64,000 nucleotides of DNA from assembly GCA_951406725.2 (NCBI GenBank), contig OX597815.1:212846001-212910000 (forward strand), read 5' to 3'. The DNA is from Octopus vulgaris (lineage: Eukaryota). Both the position numbers and the translations under genes were made by a program. Under the pieces are notes generated by a model. That model was not told the origin of the DNA, made no database searches, and saw only the letters and a list, made by a program, of their open reading frames with translations. Shown here piece by piece: positions 1-64,000 of the stretch (position 1 is the stretch's first letter; every line of letters starts with the position of its first letter).

Positions 1-46
1 AGTGGTCGGGCCAGGGGTATTAGATATGTTATTGCAATCAGTGAAC

Positions 47-462
47 GCGGCAAGCTGGCAGAATCGTTAGAACGCCGGGCGAAATGCCTAGCGGTATTTC
101 GTCTGCCGCTACGTTCTGAGTTCAAATTCCACCGAGGTCGACTTTGCCTTTCATCCTTTCGGGGTCAATTAAATAAGTACCAGTTATGCACTGGGGTCGA
201 TATAATCGACTTAATCCATTTGTCTGTCCTTGTTTGTCCTCTCTGTGTTTAGCCCCTTGTGGGTAGTAAAGAAATAGGTATTTCGTCTGCCGCTACGTTC
301 TGAGTTCAAATTCCACCGAGGTCGACTTTGCCTTTCATCCTTTCGAGGTCAATTAAATAAATACCAATTATGCACTGGGGTCGATATAATCGACTTAATC
401 CATTTGTCTGTCCTTGTTTGTCCCCTCTGTGTTTAGCCCCTTGTGGGTAGTAAAGAAATAGG
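47..462 (+). mobile_element. tRNA-derived SINE family A, with internal 184-bp tandem duplication
   Basis: Head GCGGCAAGCTGGCAGAATCGTTAG, B-box-like GAGTTCAAATTCC, tail AAAGAAATAGG; segment 93-276 is repeated at 277-462. Confidence 0.85.
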
Positions 463-1520
463 TGTTAGTGTTTTCATTGTGTAGGTCCATGGTAGAGTTG
501 TATGTATTTAGATAGTAAGAGCTAAGTTTATGTTTATTAGATGAGGTGATTATAGATTCTATATTTGGTGTAGATGAATAGGATAATTTCAAAGTGGGTC
601 TGTTAAAGATAGAATCGTACTTATGGTTACGTGGGAAATTGGATTCTACTATTTTAAGGAAAGCTTTAGTGAGGCTCTTAACATTTAAAGCGAATGAAGG
701 TGTATACCAGAGAATAGATCTCCTGCTGCTTTTATTATGCAAGTTAGGGGAGGTGTAATTCCTAGTGAATGTTAGAGGAGAGTTAGAAGATCTAATGTTT
801 GTATTAGTGTTCGTAGATCGAGTGTTGTGCATGTGAGTGCTAGGTGGGCGAGACTGTCTGATCGTTGTAGGGGGGATTGGATTTCCAATATTTGTGCGCA
901 TTTGTCTAGAACTAAGTTTCGAGAGGCGTACCTTAAGTCTAGTGTTGGGTATAAATCTAATCTTCTGGGAGAAACTAGCAGCTAGAGCTTGGTTATAGTA
1001 ATTGGTGTAGTTATTGAAGATTTCCTCATTGGTGGATAGATCGGATATTCTGATGGACATGCCTTTGATTATGCTCTTGAAAGTAGATTTAGGGTGGCTA
1101 GATTCTGTGTTGATATATTTAAGGTATTGATTGGGTTTATGATATGGGAAGTATAGGGAAGAGTTTAAGTCTAAAGTAACATCTAGAAAATTTGCTGTCC
1201 TGTAAGAGTTTTTGAAAGACATAGATAGGTTAAGGTTGGCGATGAATTTATGTAAGTGTTTTTCTAGATTTTTCTAATGCAGATTTTGTTAGGCTGGTTG
1301 TAATTAACCATGCATCATCCCTGTATAAACTTCCTTTGATATGGGGTAATTGTGTATGGAGCTGTTGAAGGAGGTACAATCCGACTAGATCTGTAACCTG
1401 AGTGGAGTTAGATGAACCCATGGTTATATCAAGGAAGTTGCTTCTGTTAGTATTGAGATTAGCTGGGTCCAAAGCTTTTTATCAAAGGATATGAGGGTCT
1501 GCCTGGCAGATAGAATCACA
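463..1520 (-). mobile_element. Penelope-like element fragment (RT C-terminus/thumb and linker; possibly Naiad-type), disrupted
   Basis: ORFs 1248..1472 (DITMGS...DLVGLYLL...LYRDD) and 395..1222 (FLDVTLDL...PYHKPN...YINTESSHP; SILWYTPSF...IFNRPTLKLSYS) carry typical PLE RT motifs. Confidence 0.8.
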
Positions 1521-2676
1521 TAAATTTCTTATGTTAACTCCCACTGTATCTCCCTTTTATTCCCTCTCTCCCCCTATACAACGTAAAGCATGACTGGAGA
1601 GATCAACCAACATATATAATTACATAGAGATTACTCATTAAATTAGTAAAAATGTATGACAGTCATTGTTGATGTTTTAACATTTGTTGTGCCAAATTAA
1701 AAAAGTAGGATAAAAAAGCAGGATACAATAACACAACCTTAATTATCTGATTATCTTAATTATCTATGGGAATGGGAACCAATTGAATCAACTATTACTT
1801 CACTTTGTTTTTTCCAACTGTGGAGAGATGAAAGACAAAGTTAACCTTGAAAGGTTTTGAACTCAGATGCAAAGGGCCGAAATTAAATGCTACAAGGCAC
1901 TTTGTCCAACTCTCTCATGATTCTGTCAGTCTATCTTCTAGAAAAAGCAGTGATATTTATTTAATAATCTATTTAATAAGAACTCTTTAAAATATTAAAA
2001 CATCTATTTTACAAAGTTATTGTTATTTCGGCATAAAATCAACTAAATCTGAAACATTTTACTTGTTCAACAAATTTGTTCTAATTTTAGAAACTAGATT
2101 TTCCAGTCTAGTTTCTTTTTTTTCTTTCTTCGATTCTTCTCCTTTTTGTTGTTGTTATTATTATTGTTATCGTCCAAACCTTTCAGCTAACAGAATGTCC
2201 ATTATTGTTTGACATGGAGAGAAAAAAAATCACACAAAAATCAACCACCCACCCTCGCAAGTTTCCCAGTTCCACACCAGCATAATAGGAATATTAATGA
2301 GTTAGTGAGCTACATCATTAGAGTTATATAAGTGTTCCTGGGAAGAAATTCCATTTACCAAAAATAAGTTACTAGTAACGGGTCTCATAACTAATTAGTA
2401 TGTCTACTACAATAATACTCATACTTTTGTTTTATTTTGTTTTGTTGTAGTCATTTACTTTATTTCCTTCTTGTTCTTGTTTTAGTCATTGGACTATGGC
2501 CATGCTGGGGCATTGCCTTGAATTATTTGTTTAGTCTAACAAATCAAGCCTAGTTCTTATCTTTTAAGTCTGGTACTTATTCTTTCAGTTGCTTTTACCG
2601 AACTACTAAGTTACAGGGATGTAAACAAACTTACACTGGTTGTGAAGCATTAGGTGCACACACACACACACACATA

Positions 2677-2718
<42 letters not shown>

Positions 2719-3540
2719 ATGGACCATCACACAGTTTCTATTTTACCAACTTCACTCACAAAGCATTGGTTGACCCCAGGACTATAGTAAAAAATATTTT
2801 CTCAAGGGCATGAAGGGTCTGATCCCAAAAGCACCTAGTTGCACAAAAAGCTTCTTAACTGCACGGCCATATCTGCACTTATCAATAAAAAACAACTTTC
2901 CTCAGGTGAAAATAAAACCAAGTTGATGCAATACCTGTGAAGAGCAAAGTTTTGAATAGGATTTTAATCAGTGAAACTTTCAGATCAGATGACAAAGGAC
3001 CAAAATACATGATGCCTTACAGTACTCAAGAAGATCTGTCCTCCACAGCAGAAGTGTTAAGGCCACTGCCCCATGTGAAGAGGATTGGCCTGCAAGAGTC
3101 CTGTGCTGGTGCCAAGTAAAAAGCACCTGTGTTGGTGCCATGTAAAAGCACTCATGCTGGTGCCATGTTAAAAGCACCCAGCACTTGTGGTGTGGTGTGG
3201 TGTGATGGATTGTATATCTCAATGATCCTGGGGAGCTTTGCCAGTGGAGTACAAACTCCTGGTAAAATTTTCTGTACTAGATAGGTCAAAGGATAGATGC
3301 CAGGCTAATATGGAGCACCTCTTCCCAGAAATAAAAAAATGGGTTTGCACAGGGCCAACATCTCTACCTTGTAAAAGTAAAGTTACAGAAGCATCAATAA
3401 CAATTCAAAACCAAAAGACTTGGGAAAGGAAGGCCTTACAACCAAGAGTCAAGAACACTGAAAACACATACACACATAAACATACATGCATGCATACAAT
3501 ATAACATAATACAATAAAATACAATACATACATGCATAAT

Positions 3541-3975
3541 AAAAAGGAACACTGGTGGAATGTACAAGTGCTCAATAAAGTGTAAGCACAACAGACTTGA
3601 TATAATGATTTGGGATAGAGAAGAGAAACTGCTCAGTTGTGGAAATTAGCTGCCCAGCAGATATTAGCATAGAGCTGAAGATCAGTGAAAAAGAGAACAC
3701 CTATGCTGAACTATTGAGAAATCTGCAGTTACTCTATCCAGATTACAAGTTCAGGTTTATACCTGTAAGTATTGGGGCCCTGGGATATCTTGAGAAATTA
3801 GGCTTCTCAAAACCAGAAAAGGGAAAGCCAATTCGAAGACTACAGATACACTGGAACTGTAAAAATCTGTAAAACTTTCCAGAAGTTTATCATTTAAATA
3901 TATATGAGCATGTCTAGATATGTAACTTTATGCACGAGAATACATACATAAAACATATAAATCTGCACATAAATA
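3541..3975 (+). mobile_element. R4/Dong-type (restriction-like endonuclease) non-LTR retrotransposon, 3' fragment
   Basis: HWWNV..KCKHNRLDIMIWD...VEISCPAD...EKENTYAELL...IPVSIGALG...GTVKICKTF across frameshifts; followed by (CATA)n. Confidence 0.8.
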
Positions 3976-4861
3976 CATACATACATACATACATACATAC
4001 ATACATACATACATACATACATACATACATACGCACGCACGCGAGCATATAAGACATGTTACAACAACAACGATGTGAGCAACAACTACCGTTTAGAAAA
4101 GAATGTTTTGCAACCTACATAGGTCATCAATGGCCTATTCTCCAGAGAGGCTTTGAGAGCGAAGGGCTTAAGTAAATCTGTAGAGCATTGAGAAAGGAAT
4201 AGGAATGGAACGGAGGAATAAGAATATGAAAAACTGATTTATTTTAGAAAACAGAAATTCTTTCACATTTGTAATTTCCATTGCACGAAACATGGAAATA
4301 CTCAAAATAATGAAGGAAGAAAATAACCAAGTTTTTGCCTTTTATTTCTCCAGGAAGTGATAGCTATTTTGAAAGTCCACCAAAATTGAGAGTAAAATGA
4401 ATGGTAAGCAGCGAGATTGAGTGAGAAATATGTTACTTCTAACAGAAACAAAAAGTTGGTAGTTCTTCTGGATCAGTCAATATTTGGTGCTTTATCTTAT
4501 TTACAAAAGGATTTAGGATGAGTTTACTACATGTGTTTATAATCCTTTCTACTTATAGGCACAAAGCCTGAAACTTGGTGGTGGTGGTGGTGGTGGGTGC
4601 TAGTCATGTGCATTGGTCTCCAGTGTTCAACTGGTACTTATTTTATTGACCCTGAAAAGATGAAAGGTAAAATCAGTCTCAGCAAAAGTTAAGCTCAAAA
4701 GGTTAAAACTGATGAAATGATGTCCGACGTGCTAATGACTCAGCCAGCGTGCTGCCTGACTGACATGCGTTTATAACACGTTACTAGAATAGGCAGAAGG
4801 CCTGAAGTTTTGTGGAAAGTTACATCGACCTCAGTGTTCAGTAACTGATACTTATTCTATG

Positions 4862-5094
4862 GGCGGCGAGCTGGCAGAATCGTTAGCACACCGGGCGAAA
4901 TGCTTAGTGGTATTTCGTCTGCCGTTATGTTCCGAGTTCAAATTCCACCAAGGTCGACTTTGCCTTTCATCCTTTCGGGGCCGATAAATTAAGTACCAGT
5001 TACGCACTGGGGTCGATGTAATCGACTTAATACCTATGTCTGACCTTGTTTGTCCCCTCTGTGTTTAGCCCCTTGTAGGTAGTAAAGAAATAGG
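4862..5094 (+). mobile_element. SINE family A, nested in an older antisense copy (~4780-5230)
   Basis: Full GGCGGCGAGCTGGCAGAA head to AAAGAAATAGG tail; TACTTATTCTAT is duplicated on both sides. Confidence 0.85.
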
Positions 5095-5337
5095 TACTTA
5101 TTCTATTGATCCTGAAAGGATGAAAGGTAAAGTCAGCCTCGGCAGAATTTAAACTGGGAACGTAAAGGCGGACGAAATGCTGCTAAGCATTTTGTCCAGC
5201 ATCCTAACGATTCTTACCAGCTCTCTGCCTTTCTACATGAGTATATTTAATAATACATTGTTAATGTCGTTCAACATCAACATTGTGTTATTATATACAA
5301 TAACAACATATTACTATATACACATATCAATCAACTT

Positions 5338-6241
5338 ATATTTGCCGACGATATCAAACTGGTCGCTCCTCGCGGTAATATAGAGAATCTTCGTCGATGC
5401 CTCCACCAAATTTGGAAGTGGTCTAACGATTGGGACCTGTGTCTGAACGTGTCAAAGTGCTGTCATCTGCCTGTCGGCTCTACTCCTGCAACTCAACTTG
5501 ATTTCGAGCCGGGTCGTCTGCTGCTGGAGAGGACCGATCAGGTAAAGGACCTGGGTATCTTGGTGGATTCCTCCTTTTCGCCTTCGGCCCAGTGCGTCCA
5601 TGTTGCCAACAAAGCACGCGGAATTCTGTTCTTGATTCGACGGTCATTCGGAATGCTCACAGCAGCCATATTCCTACCACTCTATGTCACGCTGGTGAGA
5701 CCCATATTGGAGTATGGGATTCAAGCCTCTTCTCCTTATCTCCTCAAAGACATACAGCACCTCGAAAGAGTCCAGAGGCTGGCTACCCGCATGGTTCATG
5801 GTCTCAAAAATTTGTCCTACGAAGAAAGGCTGAGGACGCTCGACCTTTATTCTCTTGAAAAACGCCGCCGCCGTGGTGGTCTCATTCTCGCCCACAACAT
5901 CATAAGCGGAAAGTGTAACCTCTCGAAAGAGCTGTTCTTCACTCCTGCTCCAGAGCGTCGGCTGCGGGGTCATTCCGAAAAGCTCTACCTGCGACGATTT
6001 CATCTCAATCGAAGGAGAGGAGCTTTCTCCGTCCGGGTTGCGGATCCGTGGAACAAGCTGCCAGACGAGATGGTAAAGATGCCGACGAACGCTTTGTTCA
6101 AAGCCTCCCTGGACCTCAAGAGGCCTGAACTCTTTACATGAACACCACCCTGTACTTAACTCCATGTCCCCCTACATGGCCTTGCTATTTGCTTTTGAGC
6201 CAAATTAACTAATTAACTAATTAACTAATTAACTAACTAAC
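5338..6241 (+). mobile_element. CR1/L2-group LINE, 5'-truncated (RT from FADD to C-terminus plus 3' UTR)
   Basis: FADDIKL in frame with ORF 5449..6141 (KDLGILVD, LYVTLVRPILEY, LERVQRLATR, FSVRVADPWNKLP); (TAAC/TAAT)n tail. Confidence 0.9.
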
Positions 6242-6317
6242 TTTGATCAAACAGAGCTGTTACTGAAAGCACTTCAACCATTAAGCAACCACACTCCTGT
6301 CTGTCTGTCTGTCTGTC

Positions 6318-6541
6318 TTATTTCTTTATTGCCCACAAGGGGCTAAACATAGAGGGGACAAACAAGGACAGACAAACGGATTAAGTCGACCCCAGTGCGT
6401 AGCTGGTACTTAATTTATCGACCCCGAAAGGATGAAAGGCAAAGTCGACCTCAGTGGAATTTGAACTCAGAACGTAGCGGCAGACGAAATACTGCTAAGC
6501 ATTTCGTCCGGCGTGCTAACAGTTCTGCCAAGTCACTGCCT
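6318..6541 (-). mobile_element. SINE family A
   Basis: Reverse complement of the family A sequence at 4862. Confidence 0.8.
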
Positions 6542-7694
6542 TACTCGGTCTGTCTCTCTTTTACTATCAACATATATCTCTATATTCTCCCATAAAATCG
6601 TGTATTTCATCCGTATTAAAATAGTTGAATGTGATTTAAGAGAAATTTGGCTGTGGGTAAAAGCAACTATATAGAAGTTTCTTAGTTAACTTGTGCATAT
6701 GTTGTAGTTATTAATGTTGGCAAGTGTGTGTGTGTGTGTGTGTGTAGTTGCTGCTGTTGTTAACCTTCTACTTCCCTCTTTTATTGAATTTGGTCCCTTC
6801 ATAAAAAGGAACCGGTTTCTTCTATACAGAGAATAATTAATCATTTGGGTAATGGTAAGCTAATTCTGAAATATCTTGAGCGCCAAAGAGAGAGACAGCG
6901 ATAGACAGTCAGGTAATTACAGGTAGATAGGTTGAGGGAGGGAAAGGAAAAGATATGGAGAGTGAAAGAGAGAGAGAGAGAGGGAGTGAGAAAGAGAGAG
7001 AATAGAAACGGAGGTATTGAGGAGAAAAAAAGGACAGCGGTATAAAGAGAAAGAGCAGCAAGAGATCAAAGAAAAAATTTTCACTCTGTTGTCTTCGGTT
7101 AACATCAAAAGATTCAATACACACACACACACGCGCACAGATGCACAGACGCACACACACACACACACACATTTTTCATGTGAGTTTGTGCATGTATCCA
7201 CTAGTGTATGTGTGTATAAGTAGACTAAACCAGTGTTTTAGACCTGAATACATCAATCGTATTGCAAAGGCAATGCCTTATGTTCTAGCTCCATGGGACA
7301 CAACAATAGTGAGCTTTCTCAGGCACAAAATGGTCAAGGAAAATGAAATTCCTGTTGAATTTCATTACATTTTGGGAAGAGTCAAAACTATTCATCCCAA
7401 GCAACAGGAATGATCCTACTTAAAAATGATATTACATAAAGTCGACATCATCATCATCATCATTGTCATCATTTCACACCCATGTTCCAATGCTGGACAC
7501 GGTCGAACAGTTTGACATGATCCAACTAACCTGAGGGCTGTTTTGGTCTCTAGTGTCTATTTTGGCGAGGTTTCTACAGTTGGATACCAATTTACAGAGT
7601 GTACTTGGTGCATTTTTTGTGGCACCAGCACTAGTGAGGTCACCAAGTGCCTCATGAGACGTAGCCCCTTGACAGAATATGGGTGTAGTATTAA

Positions 7695-7915
7695 CTCTTT
7701 TGCCTTCAGATCACTCTGACAAATGTAGTGCTTATTTATTTACATTCCTTTGAATTAATCATGCATTATCTTGTAACTTTGAGATTTCAGTGACATGATT
7801 GTTTATTTCTAGAATAATACTGTAAAGTAAGTGTGAGAGACCAGATCTGGCCAGCTTGAACTGGTAGAACTGGTAGAATATTTGGTCGGATATAGCTGGT
7901 TTAAATGCTAAAGAT
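7695..7915. mobile_element. piggyBac-type MITE (degraded)
   Basis: TTAA on both sides; ends CTCTTTTGC / GCTAAAGAT; same family as 27803-28643. Confidence 0.55.
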
Positions 7916-8976
7916 TTAAGAGAGGTGGCTTTGTGCCAGGTATTGAGAGGCTAAAATAGGTAAGAGAGATGAGAATAGGTATCTTGCTGTAGAGGAGATA
8001 GATGGATACTCTAACAGGAAAAGGGAAAATGATGGAGATGTGGTGTAAAGGTACAAAAAGGTTAATAGAACGGGAGGGTGTCTGCGTGCCGTAGATCTTT
8101 TCAAATGACAGACCTTGGGCTAGAAAATAAAAGGTTAGGGAATTATTGCTTTATCATTAAGAACTATTGTTTCAGTGACCACCTCCAGTTTCTGAAGCAT
8201 TAAGGCTATTAAGGGACGAACATTTCTTCTGTACAAGATGTTGATCTATTGGGGATAATTTCTTCATGCCAAATGAATTGAAGTCAGTATTTGCAATCCA
8301 GTAAAATACTCCTCAATTTAAAAATTGTACTGTTGTTGTTCCAGTTGCTGTTGTTTATAACAGTGAATTGTATCACTCACAGGGACTCAACCATTGGTAG
8401 CTAAGTGTCTTGGCCTTAAACACAACACACCTCTTGTCACAGGGTACGGATTGCATTACAGAATACAGATTGTTGTGCACTATTCTCTTCACTCAGCTAT
8501 TTACCACCCCTAAGGAAATAAAGTAAATTAGAAACAGTCTCTTATATTGATTGTTTACTTTTTTTGAAAGGTTTTTTACACTGCATTAAAATGATGGTCA
8601 TCTTTAGCAAAAACGTTCTCTTTCTGTTGACTTAGTTAAAACTTAGTAATAAATCGTCATAAGCATCTAGAAGTATAAATATTGTAGTTTTTGTCGAGGA
8701 GGATGGGAGGAGTTAATTTCAACTATTTTTGTAGTTTTATTCATTGGTGATTGTAAAGTTCTCATTCATTCTAAGATTTGAGATATTGAATTATTAAGAA
8801 CTGAATCTGATAGATTGTTCCATACATTATTACTTATGGATTTGGATTTAATCTCCAAGTGTTGCAAAGGGCTTAAAGAAGCCTAGAAAGGTGAAAACAT
8901 TAAACAAATGACTAATCATAACTTGGAAGACACGTGTTAGCCATTCAAAAACACACGGGCTGTTAACTTCACTTAA

Positions 8977-9191
8977 CCCTTTCATTACTGTATTTCTGTT
9001 GAGATGCTCTGTGTTTCTTTCAATTGGCTTTAAATATAACAAAGAATTTAGTAAAATAACTTAGTTATCATTAAGCTAGTGTTAGGAGAATAAATTGTGA
9101 CTAAGGTTTGGTGGAAGATTTTAATTCAGAACTTATGAAAACAGGACATTTGTACTCAGAGTCGGTTTCAGCCGGGTTGGTAACGAAAGGG
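8977..9191. mobile_element. piggyBac-type MITE
   Basis: TTAA|CCCTTTCATTAC ... GTAACGAAAGGG|TTAA (TIRs plus TTAA TSD). Confidence 0.8.
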
Positions 9192-9644
9192 TTAAACTCT
9201 TATTATTTGTTTTAAGCTGTTGCAGTTCTTGCAACAAAAATTTTAGCTCTCTATAAATCATGCCATCCTGGGAATAAGATGTTAAAGGATGATGATGCTG
9301 ATGACAATGACTGTGATGACAACGATGACGGCACCAAATAAATGTTTAAGTGAAGTTAACAGTCTGTGTGTGTTTTTGAAAGGGTAATATGTCTTCAGTG
9401 CTGTAATCATTTTGGTTTCAAAACATAGTCTCAGATGTACAAAATGGTGCATTGCATTCTTGAGCAAAGCGCTTCTTTTCACATTACTCAAGTTCACCCA
9501 GATGTGAATGACTGACCCTGCGACAGACTGAAGTCCTCTTCAGGAGGAGGTTGTGCTCTTGGTCACTTATATGCCAGGGACTGAATAACTGGTACGATGA
9601 CAAAAAGGGCTCAAGATAGTAAAGTCCAGATGGACTTCCTTTAC

Positions 9645-9712
9645 TATGTATATATCTATATCTATTTGTCTGTCTGTTTATCTATCTATCTATCTATCTC
9701 TCTCTCTCTATC

Positions 9713-9777
<65 letters not shown>

Positions 9778-9836
9778 TTGTCTATCCATTTATATATCTG
9801 TCTATCCATCTATCTATTTGTCTGTCTGTCTATCTG

Positions 9837-9887
<51 letters not shown>

Positions 9888-10141
9888 GTCTATCTATTTC
9901 TCTCTCTGTCTACCTATCTATGTATGCATGCATGCATGTATGTATGTATGTATGTATGTATGTATGTATGCATGTATGTATGTATGTATGTATGCATGTA
10001 TGTATGTATGTATGCATGCATGTATGTATGTATGTATGTATCTATGTATCTATCTATCTACCTACCTACTTACCTATCTATTTATCTATCTATCTGTCTG
10101 TCTGTCTGTCTGTTTGTCTATCTGTTTATCTATATATGTAT
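9645..10141. repeat. Compound microsatellite (TATC)n/(TATG)n/(TGTC)n
   Basis: Direct reading; ends ~36 nt upstream of the myosin exon 1 acceptor. Confidence 0.95.
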
Positions 10142-10177
10142 GAATATAATCATCTGTTCCTTATTTGTTATTTTCAG

Positions 10178-63604
<53,427 letters not shown>

Positions 63605-63629
63605 GTACTTTTATTCTTGTTCTAATTTA

Positions 63630-63860
63630 AGGTGGCAATCTGGCAGAATTGTTGGCACATTCGACAAAACACTTAGCAGCATTTCTTCTGACTCATTGCA
63701 TTCTGTGTTCAAATTCCACTGAGGTCGACTTTGCCTTTCATCCTTTCAGAGTCAATGAAATAAGTACCAGTTGAGTACTGGGGTCGATGTAAATAACTAG
63801 CCTCTTCCTACAAAATTTCAGGCCTTGTATCTTTAGTAGAATAGATTATTATTATTATAA
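63630..63860 (+). mobile_element. SINE family A variant, ~25 nt downstream of the exon 14 donor
   Basis: AGGTGGCAATCTGGCAGAA head; GATTATTATT tail. Confidence 0.75.
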
Positions 63861-64000
63861 TTGTTATTACCTTCCATGAAAAACATGTCTGGTCAAGGGG
63901 ACATATTACCTTCCTTAGAAACAGGGGAAAGTTGGCAGCGGGGAGAGCATCTGGCTATAGAAAATCTGTCTCCATGAATTCCATTTGGCAATATAAGCAT

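Noticed and set aside
4354-4403. Exon-like segment (tttctccag|...AAAATGAATG|gtaagc) as a possible myosin start exon
   Set aside because: It has stops in all three through-frames and ends in phase 1, while exon 1 starts in phase 0. I found no intervening DDL..L...IY exon before 10178.

Overview
AT-rich, repeat-saturated animal genomic DNA. The SINE, RTE and microsatellite content looks like Octopus (inferred from recalled repeat families, not verified). The one host gene I can support is a + strand unconventional myosin. I reconstructed 14 phase-consistent GT-AG exons (10178-63604; 1495 nt, ~498 codons) covering most of the motor domain, with intact P-loop (GESGAGKT), switch I (NDNSSRFG) and switch II (DIFGFE). 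It best resembles class XXVIII (Myo28, often auto-annotated 'myosin-IIIb-like'), and both gene ends lie outside the window. The introns hold a near-complete RTE LINE with a PHD finger and many 3' fragments of it, CR1-type and R4/Dong-type LINE fragments, a Penelope-like RT fragment, a decayed mariner, a solo LTR, a deleted Gypsy element, Helitron- and piggyBac-type MITEs and four tRNA-derived SINE families. The most notable observations are: a Transib-like element with RSS-heptamer-like ends and a 5-bp TSD; hammerhead-ribozyme motifs plus a covarying 'half-hammerhead' hairpin; a foldback element carrying (CCCTAA)n; near-perfect ~100-bp palindromes; and a palindrome whose arm has expanded into a ~39-copy minisatellite. 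Most ORFs in the supplied track are microsatellite or SINE artefacts.
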